From positions 23,194-87,193 of the IMG/VR virus record IMGVR_UViG_3300032224_001146: 64,000 bases of DNA; one strand, 5' to 3'. The translations under genes were made by a program, and so were the position numbers. A model generated the notes under the pieces. The model was not told the origin of the DNA. It searched no databases and saw nothing but the letters and a program-made list of their open reading frames with translations. The DNA comes from a virus. This document shows, piece by piece, positions 47,489 to 57,274 of the stretch. The stretch's first letter is position 1. Every line of letters starts with the position of its first letter.

Positions 47489-48449
47489 TGTCGTCCGCTA
47501 TACACCATCACACATTAAATCTATTCTTAAGTCGCTCAATATAAAGATTGCTGGCGAAACTGGGAATGATTTTCTTGTGTATTGCCCATTTCATTCTAAC
47601 AATCATAGTCCAAGCTGTAGCGTTAGTAGAGAAAAAGGTGCATGGCTTTGCTTTAACCCTTCATGTGGAGAAAGCGGAACCCTTAATGATCTTGTAAAGC
47701 GGATTACAAATCGCAATGATTATGAAGCATTAAGATTTATTACTGCAAAAGAGGCAGAAGTTCTAGCAGACTTCGATGACTTGCTTGAAGATGTGCTAGA
47801 AGATAAACCAGATTTTATTGAGTTTGATAAAGATATATTAAATAAACTTTCTTTAGAGATGAAAGAATTTTCTGAAGGCAAAGAGTATATGTATACTCGT
47901 GGATTTACAGATGAAACTTTGGAGTATTTTAATGTTGGTTATTCTAATAACAGATCTATGGTTACAGTTCCTGTTCATAGTCCAGATGGTATGTGTGTTG
48001 GCATTGTTGGCAGAAGTGTCAAAGCCAAAGAGTTCAAGAACTCCCCAGGGCTTCCAAGGAATGCTACCCTCTTTAACGTTAATCGTGCTAAGCGTATCGG
48101 TGCAACTTGTATCATTGTGGAGTCTAGCTTTGATGCTATGAGAGTTCATCAAGCTGGATTTCCAAATGTTGTTGCAACTTTAGGTGGACACATTTCTGCA
48201 AACAATTTGGGTCTACTTAATAAATATTTTAATAGACTTATTATAATGACTGACAATGATCAGGCTGGAAGAGCATTGGGCAATAACATTGTTCATAAAT
48301 TAAAAAATAAAGATGTCTTGTGGGCTTCAGAGTCTTATGGTAAGATATACCCACATGATGCAAAAGATGCAGGCGATATGACTGATGAAGAAATTAAAAC
48401 CTGTATAAAAAATTCAGTGTCGCACATTGAATATCTTGGTTGGCAATGA
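47469..48449 (+). CDS. dnaG: DNA primase (CHC2 zinc finger + TOPRIM)
   Basis: 'CPFH...SPS.....WLCFNPSC', 'IVESSFD', 'MTDNDQAG', 'KDAGDM'. Confidence 0.9.
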   Translation: MKILQSNVVRYTPSHIKSILKSLNIKIAGETGNDFLVYCPFHSNNHSPSCSVSREKGAWLCFNPSCGESGTLNDLVKRITNRNDYEALRFITAKEAEVLADFDDLLEDVLEDKPDFIEFDKDILNKLSLEMKEFSEGKEYMYTRGFTDETLEYFNVGYSNNRSMVTVPVHSPDGMCVGIVGRSVKAKEFKNSPGLPRNATLFNVNRAKRIGATCIIVESSFDAMRVHQAGFPNVVATLGGHISANNLGLLNKYFNRLIIMTDNDQAGRALGNNIVHKLKNKDVLWASESYGKIYPHDAKDAGDMTDEEIKTCIKNSVSHIEYLGWQ

Positions 48450-48455
48450 TATAAT
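48447..48455 (+). promoter_or_regulatory. Extended -10 promoter (TGATATAAT)
   Basis: Upstream of the SSB gene, which has SD AAGGAG. Confidence 0.5.
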
Positions 48456-48505
48456 AGTAATACAGATGGATTTACACCATCAACTACATAATAAAGGAGA
48501 TACAT

Positions 48506-49180
48506 ATGGGTATCGTTAAGGGATTAAAAGACCTAAACAAAACGTTGGACAAGCCACAGTCTTCAGGTGGCGATACAGCTAAAGGCCGTTGGGTAAAACT
48601 AGAAGACGGCGAAAGCGTAAAAGTAAGATTCCTTCAGGAACTAGATCCTGATTCACCCGATTATACAGAAAAAGCTGGACTAGGCTTTATTGCTGTTGAA
48701 CACACAAATCCAAAAGATTACCGTCGTAAGGCACTATGTTCAATTGACGATCAAGGTAAGTGCTGGGGTTGCGAACAACATCGTAAAGACTTTAAGGCTG
48801 GTTGGAAGGGACGTTCACGTCTCTATATCAATGTTCTTGTAGATGATGGCAAAGAGGAGCCTTACGTTGCAATCCTTTCACAAGGCAGCAGCGGAAAGAC
48901 TGTCACACCTACATTAATTGAATACGCTGGTGAAATGGGTAGCATCAGCAATCTTGTTTGGCGTATCAAGCGTAGTGGTACAAAAACAGATACAAGTTAC
49001 ACAATCATCCCACTTGCTAAGGACGAAGTTAAGTTTGATTCATCAAAGCTTGAAATCTTCGAACTAGAAAAAACTGCAGTGCGAGACCTGCCATATGCAG
49101 ATCAAGAAACCTTTTACCTATTTGGTGAAGGAGATAAGGAAGAATCATCTTCCTCAACAGGTAGCAACCTAGAGTGGTAA
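48506..49180 (+). CDS. Single-stranded DNA-binding protein (gp32-like)
   Basis: 'LEDGES.KVRFL', H..C..C..C zinc motif, 'IKRSG...DTSY', acidic tail ending in W. Confidence 0.75.
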   Translation: MGIVKGLKDLNKTLDKPQSSGGDTAKGRWVKLEDGESVKVRFLQELDPDSPDYTEKAGLGFIAVEHTNPKDYRRKALCSIDDQGKCWGCEQHRKDFKAGWKGRSRLYINVLVDDGKEEPYVAILSQGSSGKTVTPTLIEYAGEMGSISNLVWRIKRSGTKTDTSYTIIPLAKDEVKFDSSKLEIFELEKTAVRDLPYADQETFYLFGEGDKEESSSSTGSNLEW

Positions 49181-49183
49181 TAC

Positions 49184-49217
49184 GGTGGGGGTGGGCAACC
49201 ACCCCCATCTTATATTT
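49184..49217 (+). terminator. Rho-independent terminator
   Basis: GGTGGGGGTGG-GCAA-CCACCCCCATC followed by a T-rich tail. Confidence 0.75.
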
Positions 49218-49231
49218 AGAAAACGGCGGAA

Positions 49232-49438
49232 ATGATTAACTTAGAAATCCCAGATCCATTTGAGACTTTTGTAGCTAATAAATACAGAGAGTCTAATGGT
49301 TATGGATACAACTTTTTTACAAAAGAATGGTCATTTAATTGCAGCACATGTGGTGAAGATTTAGATGCACCAAACAAAAAAACTATGACAAAGATTAGAC
49401 TTTATCATACACGTAATGAATGCTTAGGAGGGTACTAA
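49232..49438 (+). CDS. Small Cys/His zinc-binding protein
   Basis: CSTC...H...C. Confidence 0.6.
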   Translation: MINLEIPDPFETFVANKYRESNGYGYNFFTKEWSFNCSTCGEDLDAPNKKTMTKIRLYHTRNECLGGY

Positions 49439-49581
49439 TGACAATATCATGCAATAAAGAAGGATGTGCCTTTGAGCTGGACCTTGACGGTCAAGTAACC
49501 TGTGTATCTTGTGGTGCCATGGATGACGATAAGCAAACAATTCTCTCAGAACACTTTGAAAATCAGGTAGACTTTGAATAA
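49438..49581 (+). CDS. 47-aa zinc-ribbon protein (not in the ORF track)
   Basis: SD AGGAGG and TAATG coupling. Reads MTISCNKEGCAFELDLDGQVTCVSCGAMDDDKQTILSEHFENQVDFE. Confidence 0.55.
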   Translation: MTISCNKEGCAFELDLDGQVTCVSCGAMDDDKQTILSEHFENQVDFE

Positions 49582-52500
49582 AGACTTTACGCACTTACAT
49601 GTACATTCCTATTACTCATTAATGGATGGATATAACTCTCCAAAAGAATTGATGCAGGCTGCAAAAGATAATGGGCAAACAGCAATTGCAATTACAGACC
49701 ACGGAACTTTGTCATCACATAGAGATTTACAAATAGCAGCAAAAGAACTTGGGTTAAAGCCAATCCTTGGTGTTGAAGCATACATTTCTCCAACAGATAG
49801 ATTTGACCGCTCATCTAAAACAGACAAAACAATTCAGGCATACAATCACATTATTCTTCTTGCAAAGAATCAAACTGGGTTAAATAATATTCACAAGCTG
49901 CAGGAACTTGCTTGGACAGAAGGCTTTTATCATAAACCACGTATTGACCGTGAAATTCTTGCAGAAAATAAAGAAGGAATTATTATTCTTTCTGGATGTC
50001 TTAATGGTTTAATTTCAAAAGCAATTGAAAAAGAAGATGACCAGCAAGCACGTATGATGCTTAAATGGTTTAAGCAAACCTTCGGCGAAGATTTTTATGT
50101 TGAGGTACAACCTGATAATCCAGTAGAAGTTAACAATAAACTATTACAACTTGCAGATGAAGCTGGAATTAAATCAGTTGCTACTGCTGATGCACATTTC
50201 TCTAAAGAAAGTGAGCGGTCCGCAGAAGAAGCAATGTTAATCCTATCTACTTCTCCGAAGGTAAATAAGGATCTTGATTTTGATAAGTCACGTACCATGA
50301 CTGACATGTTTGAAAGATTTAATTATCTTTGGCCTGACCGCCGCATTTCATTCGAACACCTTGATTTGTTTATTATGAGCAGGGAAGAATTGGCGGCAAG
50401 TTTTGCCAGCAAGGGAATTACCAGAACAGACATTTTGGACAATACTAACCTAATTGCTAATCAAGTGGAAGAATATAATTTTAATCAGGGACTAGACCTT
50501 CTGCCTGTTCCAAAGACCAATGCTGATGACACACTTAAGGAGCTGGCTCTTAAGGGCTTAGAACGCCTTGGGAAGGCTAAAGAAGCCCAGTATATGGAGC
50601 GGCTACAGGAAGAATTGGGCGTAATTGCCTCAAAAAATTTTGCCTCTTATTTTTTAATTGTTTCAGATATGATTAACTGGGCTAAAGATAATGGCATCCG
50701 TGTAGGTCCAGGACGTGGATCTGCTGCAGGCTCACTGGTCTGCTACGCTTTAGGTATCACTGAGGTTGACCCAATCAAGTACGACCTACTTTTCTTCCGC
50801 TTCATTAATCCAGAGCGTAACGACTTTCCAGATATTGATACGGACTTTGAAGACCGTCGTCGCAAGGAAGTTAAAGAATATCTTAAGAAGCGGTTCAAAC
50901 ACGTAGCATCTATTTCAACCTTTACTTACTTTAAAGATAAGGGTGCAATTCGTGATGCTGCTCGTGTATTTATGATTCCATTGCAGGAAGTTAATCGTGC
51001 ACTAAAGTCAGTAGATACATTTGAAGACTATGTTGATTCACCTAACACTAGAGAATTTCGTAACAAGTATCCAGAAGTAGAATGGCTTGCTAACAATTGG
51101 CGAGGAAGAATTCGAAGCACTGGAGTTCACGCAGCAGGTGTTGTTGTAGCAAAAGATGACCTACGCAACTATGCACCAATTGAAACTCGTGAAGACCCAC
51201 AAGATAAAGTTTCTGGTCGTATTCCAGTAGTTGGATACGATATGGATCAAGTTGCAGATGTTGGTTTGATTAAGCTAGATGCACTTGGACTTAAAGCACT
51301 ATCAATCATTTCGGATACATTGGCTTCAATTAAAGACCGTTACGATAAAGATATTGTCCTTTCAGAAATTGCACTAGATGATAGAAAGGTGTATAGAGAT
51401 CTTAGCGATGGATATACCAAGGGTGTTTTTCAGGCGGAAGCAACTCCATACACCAACCTCCTAATTAAAATGGGAGTAGATAACTTTGAAGACCTTGCAG
51501 CATCAAATGCTTTGGTTCGTCCAGGAGCAATGAATACTGTAGGGGCTTCTTACATCAATCGTAAGAATGGTAAAGAAATGATTGAGTTTGTTCACCCAAT
51601 CATGCAACCATTTACAAAAAATACTTACGGCGTAATTATTTATCAGGAACAGGTTATGCAGGCTTGCGTATACTTAGGCGGTATGTCATGGTCTGAAGCT
51701 GATAAGGTTCGTAAGATTATTGGTAAGAAGAAAGATGCAAAAGAATTTGATCAGTTTAAAGATCAGTTTGTTACTGGTGCATCTCAACATATTACAAAAG
51801 AGCAGGCTGAGCATTTGTGGCATGACTTTGAAGCACATGCTGGATACTCATTTAACCGCTCACATGCTGTTGCTTACTCTATGGTGTCATATTGGACTGC
51901 ATGGCTTAAGCACTATTATCCACTAGAGTTTATGTTCGCAATCTTAAAGAATGAACAATCTATTGATTCAAGAACAGAATATCTAATTGAGAGTAAGAGA
52001 CTTGGATTAAAAGTTCTTCTCCCACACATTAATGAATCTGAGATTGATTTCTCATTACAAGCACAGGCTATGCGGTTTGGCTTGGCAGATATCAAATATA
52101 TTTCTGATAACATCTCTGCAAAAATTATTAAGGAAAGGCCATATTTAAGTTATGAAGACTTCACTAAAAAAGCGTCTGCTAAAGGCAGCGGGATTAACTC
52201 TAGGGCTATTTCTGCTCTCAACGCTATTGGGGCAGCGGCTTTTAAAGACAATGCAAGAACAGGATTAGAACAGGATAACTTTTATGAGTACCTTGGTATT
52301 CCACAGTTTAATCTTTTAGATCTTCCACCATGGATTAAAGCACAAGCTCGTCCAATTGAAGAGTTTGAAGACCTAGGATCATTTGTAATGTTTGGAATGG
52401 TTAAGGCAATTAAACGTGGAACTGGCTGGGCTAGAGTTGAACTTGTTGATGAGACTGGATCTGTTGGCCTATTTCATAATGAGCAAACACAAATTGAAAT

Positions 52501-52852
52501 TGGTCAGATGTACTTCATTTTAGTTGGAGACAATCGTATTGCAAGATATGTCAAGGTTGTTGATATTAAACCAGATTCAGATGATGTATTTGTAGACTAT
52601 TTATATCGTGCAAGTTATGATAGTATACCTGATGAACAGTACATGGTTCTTAACTTTACTCCTTATAAGACTAAGGCGGGAAAGACGATGGCACACGTAG
52701 TGTTAACAAATAAAGATAGAGAATTGACAAGAGCAATTGCATTCCCAACTATGTATAAGTTAGCTTTAGCTAAGATGAGAGAAGGAATGGTTTGCGATAT
52801 TACACTTTCTAAATTAGAAGATGGAACTTTATTGATAAAGGAAATAAGATGA
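49574..52852 (+). CDS. dnaE: DNA polymerase III alpha subunit (family C)
   Basis: PHP 'HLHVHSYYSLMDG', 'TDHG', 'GPGRGSAAGSLV', 'PDIDTDF', 'HAAGVV', 'KLDALGL', 'YQEQVM', 'YSFNRSH'. Confidence 0.96.
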   Translation: MNKDFTHLHVHSYYSLMDGYNSPKELMQAAKDNGQTAIAITDHGTLSSHRDLQIAAKELGLKPILGVEAYISPTDRFDRSSKTDKTIQAYNHIILLAKNQTGLNNIHKLQELAWTEGFYHKPRIDREILAENKEGIIILSGCLNGLISKAIEKEDDQQARMMLKWFKQTFGEDFYVEVQPDNPVEVNNKLLQLADEAGIKSVATADAHFSKESERSAEEAMLILSTSPKVNKDLDFDKSRTMTDMFERFNYLWPDRRISFEHLDLFIMSREELAASFASKGITRTDILDNTNLIANQVEEYNFNQGLDLLPVPKTNADDTLKELALKGLERLGKAKEAQYMERLQEELGVIASKNFASYFLIVSDMINWAKDNGIRVGPGRGSAAGSLVCYALGITEVDPIKYDLLFFRFINPERNDFPDIDTDFEDRRRKEVKEYLKKRFKHVASISTFTYFKDKGAIRDAARVFMIPLQEVNRALKSVDTFEDYVDSPNTREFRNKYPEVEWLANNWRGRIRSTGVHAAGVVVAKDDLRNYAPIETREDPQDKVSGRIPVVGYDMDQVADVGLIKLDALGLKALSIISDTLASIKDRYDKDIVLSEIALDDRKVYRDLSDGYTKGVFQAEATPYTNLLIKMGVDNFEDLAASNALVRPGAMNTVGASYINRKNGKEMIEFVHPIMQPFTKNTYGVIIYQEQVMQACVYLGGMSWSEADKVRKIIGKKKDAKEFDQFKDQFVTGASQHITKEQAEHLWHDFEAHAGYSFNRSHAVAYSMVSYWTAWLKHYYPLEFMFAILKNEQSIDSRTEYLIESKRLGLKVLLPHINESEIDFSLQAQAMRFGLADIKYISDNISAKIIKERPYLSYEDFTKKASAKGSGINSRAISALNAIGAAAFKDNARTGLEQDNFYEYLGIPQFNLLDLPPWIKAQARPIEEFEDLGSFVMFGMVKAIKRGTGWARVELVDETGSVGLFHNEQTQIEIGQMYFILVGDNRIARYVKVVDIKPDSDDVFVDYLYRASYDSIPDEQYMVLNFTPYKTKAGKTMAHVVLTNKDRELTRAIAFPTMYKLALAKMREGMVCDITLSKLEDGTLLIKEIR

Positions 52853-53082
52853 TAGAGGTAGTTTTAACAGAACAAGAAGCAAAGTCTTTAGAAGATACAG
52901 TTGTGTACCATATGGAACAATGCTTTAATAGTCTATATGATACAGAAGAAGTGGCAGAAGATTGGGAGCCATGGCAACCATTTGATGGGTGTTCTAATTG
53001 TGAAACACGAGAATATTTAATGACAACTTTTAACTGGTTAAAGGAAAACAAAGACCTTGCAATTTATGTGGAGGATAACTAA
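52849..53082 (+). CDS. Hypothetical protein (CxxC)
   Basis: 77-aa ORF with ATGA overlap. Confidence 0.55.
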   Translation: MIEVVLTEQEAKSLEDTVVYHMEQCFNSLYDTEEVAEDWEPWQPFDGCSNCETREYLMTTFNWLKENKDLAIYVEDN

Positions 53083-53327
53083 TGGAGTCTGATTTTCAAA
53101 TTAGTCCAACAGCAATGTTGGTTGCAGTATTAAAAACAATTAAGTCTGTTGATGTTCCATCAACACTACTTTTAAATCCAGATCAAAATGATACTGGGCT
53201 GTTGGTTTCTTATAACGAAGAGGCCCAGACATTTACAATAGCATTAGGAGAAAATAATGGGAGCAATAACAACGAACAACTTCAGAGTTCCAGCGAACTC
53301 GGAGAAAACGACGGAGACAGCAAGTAA
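53082..53327 (+). CDS. Hypothetical protein
   Basis: SD GGAGG, TAATG coupling. Confidence 0.55.
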   Translation: MESDFQISPTAMLVAVLKTIKSVDVPSTLLLNPDQNDTGLLVSYNEEAQTFTIALGENNGSNNNEQLQSSSELGENDGDSK

Positions 53328-53661
53328 TTCAATCATAGAGTTTGGCTTGGATGCATTTGCAGCAACACTTCATGAGTCAGCAATTGAAAAAGGATTTTGG
53401 GAAGGCGAAATTTCTTTTGATAAGCTAGGAAATAAATTGGCTCTTGTTCATTCAGAGGTAACAGAAATATTAGAAGCATTAAGAAAAGATAAGGGTAGCC
53501 ATGAAATTGTAGAAGAGATTTCAGACGTTATCATTAGATTGTTAGATGTTTATGCAGCGATGAGAAATGCTGGAATTGTTGAAGATTCACTTGATGATGT
53601 TTTAGACTTTAAAGTAAATAAAAATAAAAACCGTCCAAGACTTCACGGCAATTTATTTTAA
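53257..53661 (+). CDS. MazG-like nucleotide pyrophosphohydrolase
   Basis: 'KLALVHSEVTE.LEALRK....EEISDVIIRLLD...K...N..RP..HG'. Confidence 0.82.
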   Translation: MGAITTNNFRVPANSEKTTETASNSIIEFGLDAFAATLHESAIEKGFWEGEISFDKLGNKLALVHSEVTEILEALRKDKGSHEIVEEISDVIIRLLDVYAAMRNAGIVEDSLDDVLDFKVNKNKNRPRLHGNLF

Positions 53662-53691
53662 TGCTATACTAAACAAAAGAAAAGAGTTCAA

Positions 53692-54690
53692 ATGAACATA
53701 GAAGATATTTTATCTAATTTAGATCCAAAAACAAGAAAAAGAGTTCAATCAGCAGTTGATGTTAAAGTTGAAAAACAATTAACACCAAGTATCGGTCTTA
53801 ACATGGCATTAAAAGGTGGACTTGGATATGGCCGTCAGGCTTTAATCTGGGGAAACAAATCAGCAGGCAAGTCGTCTTTTTGTTTACAAATGATCGCACT
53901 TGCACAGCAAGAAGGTAAGACATGTGCTTGGATTGATGCTGAGGCATCATACGATCAATCGTGGGCAGAATTATTGGGAGTAGATTCATCTTCCCTTATT
54001 TATTCTTCAGCAAAAACTGTTAACGATATGGTTGATGTTGCTACAAAACTTATGGAAGCGGGAGTAGATTTAATTGTTGTTGATTCCATCTCAGCACTTC
54101 TTCCAGCTATTTACTTTGAAAAAGATGGAAATGAAATGAAAGATTTGCAAGACACCAAGCAAATCGGAGCAGAAGCAAAGGATATGACCCATGCGGTCAA
54201 GATGTTAAATTATGCAAACAAAAACACATTACTTGTTCTCATCTCACAACAACGAAATCAGTTTGGATCTATGCATGCTTCGCACATCCCCACGGGTGGA
54301 ATGGCAGTCAAGTTCTTTTCCTCAACAGTCATTAAACTTTGGTCGTCAGAGGCTGAAGCTAATGCTATTAAGGCTGGCATTAAAGTTGGCGACAAGATTA
54401 TCGAACAAAGAGTCGGAAGACCAGTTAACTGGATTATTGATTACAACAAACTCGGCCCCCCTAATCTATCAGGACAATATGACTTTTACTACCAGGGGGA
54501 CTCTTTGGGTGTAGATAGTGTTGGTGAAACTCTTGACGTTGCTGAAATGATGGGCATTGTTCAAAAGGGAGGAGCATGGTACACAGTTGGGGAAGAAAGA
54601 TTCCAAGGACGTGCAAAGACAGTTGAATATCTTCGTGAAAATAAAGAAGTAGTTGGAAAACTTAAGGAGGAAATTCATGTCAGATCTTAA
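53692..54690 (+). CDS. recA: RecA/UvsX-like recombinase
   Basis: Walker A 'GNKSAGKS', 'WIDAE', 'VVDSISAL', 'ISQQR', 'GGMA.KF', 'GAWY'. Confidence 0.93.
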   Translation: MNIEDILSNLDPKTRKRVQSAVDVKVEKQLTPSIGLNMALKGGLGYGRQALIWGNKSAGKSSFCLQMIALAQQEGKTCAWIDAEASYDQSWAELLGVDSSSLIYSSAKTVNDMVDVATKLMEAGVDLIVVDSISALLPAIYFEKDGNEMKDLQDTKQIGAEAKDMTHAVKMLNYANKNTLLVLISQQRNQFGSMHASHIPTGGMAVKFFSSTVIKLWSSEAEANAIKAGIKVGDKIIEQRVGRPVNWIIDYNKLGPPNLSGQYDFYYQGDSLGVDSVGETLDVAEMMGIVQKGGAWYTVGEERFQGRAKTVEYLRENKEVVGKLKEEIHVRS

Positions 54691-54877
54691 TAACATTTTA
54701 GGTCAAGTAAAAGGAACAGTTAAAAAGGAATCACAAGAAGTTGTGCCAGTTGTTGGTGGTTCTTTTGTTTGTCAGGAATGTTCAGAAGAAGTTGAAAATG
54801 CATCTCATTATGTAAAGAAAGAAAAATTGATGTGGGTATGTTCTGAAGGACACATTTCATCAATTGTTTTTAAATAA
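54677..54877 (+). CDS. Small zinc-binding protein
   Basis: SD AAGGAGG. CQEC...CSEGH. Confidence 0.6.
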   Translation: MSDLNNILGQVKGTVKKESQEVVPVVGGSFVCQECSEEVENASHYVKKEKLMWVCSEGHISSIVFK

Positions 54878-55182
54878 TGTCTGAGCGTTCTGAGATTAAA
54901 AGAGATGGTGCTAAAGCACAAAAAAACTCTGGACGTGGTGATTATCAAAAAGGTGATGCTCAATGGAAGAAGTTCTTAGTGGATTACAAGGAAGCTTCTA
55001 AATCATTTACATTAAATAAGCCAGTCTGGTCTAAGATTTGTACTGACACTTTTAAAGTAAGCAGAGATAAGCATCCAGCTTTAAAAATAATTATTGGCGA
55101 GGAATCCAAGGTTAGACTTGGAATTATTGAATGGTCTATTCTGGAAGAATTGATCCAATGTTGGGAGGAAAACCATGAGTGA
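54877..55182 (+). CDS. PD-(D/E)xK Holliday-junction-resolvase-like nuclease
   Basis: 'NSGRG...KGD.......VDYKE..KSF.L'. Confidence 0.7.
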   Translation: MSERSEIKRDGAKAQKNSGRGDYQKGDAQWKKFLVDYKEASKSFTLNKPVWSKICTDTFKVSRDKHPALKIIIGEESKVRLGIIEWSILEELIQCWEENHE

Positions 55183-55510
55183 TAAAAGCACACTAGAGTT
55201 GATTAGTGAGATCACTGAGTTTAATGACATGCATGAGTTTATGGCTGATGAACAGTTAGACAGAGCTCTTGCAATTCTGGTAAAATTAATTATGAACCCA
55301 GAAGTGCCTTCTGCTAAAGCACCAGTATTAATTATTGAGCTACAAGCACTTAGTGCAAAGCTTGCAATCCTAGCATCATTTTATGCTACGTTTGCAAAAG
55401 ATAAAGCTGGCACACTGAATAACAACAAGAAGAATGTTTATTATTCAGTCAAAGAAGCACTGGACAGACTTGTGGATGCATTGAAGTATGCTGCAAGAAA
55501 TAATTATTGA
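55175..55510 (+). CDS. Hypothetical helical protein
   Basis: SD GGAGG, 111 aa. Confidence 0.6.
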   Translation: MSDKSTLELISEITEFNDMHEFMADEQLDRALAILVKLIMNPEVPSAKAPVLIIELQALSAKLAILASFYATFAKDKAGTLNNNKKNVYYSVKEALDRLVDALKYAARNNY

Positions 55511-55517
55511 GGAATAA

Positions 55518-56306
55518 ATGGCTAAAGGCATTGTAAATAATTTAAAGTTTAGAAAGTATGCAGGAAAGTTTGACGCAGAACTTTTTGGACAAAGGCTTGA
55601 TGATGCCTACCTATCAACAAAACGTGCAGACGGAGAAATGACAAAATATTCATTTAGTCCAAGCACAATTGGTTATGGTCATGGAAATTGTCCTAGATAT
55701 TGGTACATGGCATTTAGTGGTGCAACTTTTATTGATGATAACAAAGCACAATCTGTTGCTAATATGGCACAAGGAACTCAAGCTCATGAACGCTTGCAGA
55801 AGCTTATTGCAACTATGCCAGAGTTTGTTGAAGAAGAACGTGAGATACGAAATGATTATCCTCCAATTAGAGGTTTTATTGACCTTGTCATGAATTATGA
55901 TGGTGAGACTGTCATTGGTGAAATTAAAACAGCTAAGCAAGAAGTCTGGGATACAAGACAAGCAGAAATGAAATCTTCTGCAAACCATATGCTTCAACTT
56001 CTTACATACATGAAACTTACTGGTGCCAAAGAAGGTTTCTTTCTTTATGAAAATAAAAACACTCAAGAGCTTTTAACTATTCCAATTCAAATGAATGATC
56101 GAAATCAAAAAATAATTGATGATACATTTGCATGGTTGTGTAAAGTTTGGGATAATTTTAAAGAAGGAGACCTTCCAGTAAGACCAGATGGGGCTGTTAA
56201 AACAAAATCCCCATGCACGTATTGCCCAATTAAAAAGGAATGCTGGTCTAAGACTGCCGATGAGGGTAGTATTGAAATAGAAATGTTTAAGGTTCCGCAA
56301 ATATGA
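55518..56306 (+). CDS. Cas4-like PD-(D/E)xK exonuclease
   Basis: 'CPR..Y', 'G...H', 'GFID', 'EIKT', 'QL..Y', C-terminal 'C.YC.....C' Fe-S ligands. Confidence 0.85.
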   Translation: MAKGIVNNLKFRKYAGKFDAELFGQRLDDAYLSTKRADGEMTKYSFSPSTIGYGHGNCPRYWYMAFSGATFIDDNKAQSVANMAQGTQAHERLQKLIATMPEFVEEEREIRNDYPPIRGFIDLVMNYDGETVIGEIKTAKQEVWDTRQAEMKSSANHMLQLLTYMKLTGAKEGFFLYENKNTQELLTIPIQMNDRNQKIIDDTFAWLCKVWDNFKEGDLPVRPDGAVKTKSPCTYCPIKKECWSKTADEGSIEIEMFKVPQI

Positions 56307-56578
56307 TTTGTGCAAACTCAGATTGCAAAGAAGAGTTTAAGCCAAAAACTCATAATCAAAAATATTGCTCTGATGAATGCTGCCGTATTGCTACAAATAG
56401 ACGGATTATGGAAAAGTATTATGAAAAAAAAGCAATCAGAAATGGTGCAGTAAGACTTTGTAAATGTGGCGGAGAGCTTAGTCGTTATAGCGAATCTAAA
56501 GTCTGTACTATGTGTATTGATAAAGAAAAACGGGAAACACGTAAAAGGTTAAAGGACATGTTAAATGGGATTAGCTAG
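56303..56578 (+). CDS. Cys-rich zinc-finger protein
   Basis: 'C...C..EF.P...NQKYCS..C', with a second CxC..CxxC. Confidence 0.65.
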   Translation: MICANSDCKEEFKPKTHNQKYCSDECCRIATNRRIMEKYYEKKAIRNGAVRLCKCGGELSRYSESKVCTMCIDKEKRETRKRLKDMLNGIS

Positions 56579-57131
56579 TCTAGTTAAAACCAAAGCCCCA
56601 AGAGTTCTTGGCATAGACGCCTCAACAAATTCAATAGCATTTTGCCTTATGGAAAATGATAAACCTCTTAAGTGGGGAAAGATTGAATTAAATGGTATGG
56701 ATATATATGAAAAGATATATGATGCCAAAATAAAGATGAATGCAATGCTTCAGGAACTTAAAGCAGATTATATTGTAGTAGAAGGAGCAGTGCTTGTCAG
56801 ATCTCCAGATGCTGTGATAAAATTGTCTTATGTGTATGGCGTTGTTATTGCTGAGCTTATGTCTACTGGAGCTAAGGTTATCACTATTTCTCCTACCTCT
56901 TGGCAGGCTTATATTGGAAACAAAAATCCAACAAAAGCGGAGAAAGAAGCAATTAGATTAAAGAGTCCTGGGTATGCAGACTCATGGTACAAAAATCAAA
57001 TTAGAAATATGAGAAAGCAAAGAACTGCAGACTACTTTAATCTTAAGTATAACCTTAAGGTTACAGATTTTGATGTTGCTGACTCTTTTGGGATTGCTCA
57101 TTACGGAAATCAGGTTTTGACAGAACGATGA
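56565..57131 (+). CDS. ruvC: RuvC-like Holliday junction resolvase
   Basis: 'VLGIDAS', 'IVVE', 'P.SW', 'D.ADS.GIA'. Confidence 0.82.
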   Translation: MGLASLVKTKAPRVLGIDASTNSIAFCLMENDKPLKWGKIELNGMDIYEKIYDAKIKMNAMLQELKADYIVVEGAVLVRSPDAVIKLSYVYGVVIAELMSTGAKVITISPTSWQAYIGNKNPTKAEKEAIRLKSPGYADSWYKNQIRNMRKQRTADYFNLKYNLKVTDFDVADSFGIAHYGNQVLTER

Positions 57132-57274
57132 AACTATATCAAAGTAAAGATTGGTTGTTCAGAAGGTATGCGGTTCAAAAGAAAACTGTAACAGAAATAG
57201 CTAAAGAGTGTGATGTCTCTGCAATGACCATACAGAGATACTTAGAAAAGTTTGGATTAATTAAAAAAAGATGA
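57128..57274 (+). CDS. 48-aa HTH protein (not in the ORF track)
   Basis: MKLYQSKDWLFRRYAVQKKTVTEIAKECDVSAMTIQRYLEKFGLIKKR, with ATGA overlaps at both ends. Confidence 0.7.
   Translation: MKLYQSKDWLFRRYAVQKKTVTEIAKECDVSAMTIQRYLEKFGLIKKR

Noticed and set aside
55518-56306. Cas4-like gene as a sign of a CRISPR-Cas system
   Set aside because: No repeat-spacer array or other cas genes were seen. Solo Cas4-like nucleases are common in phage recombination modules.
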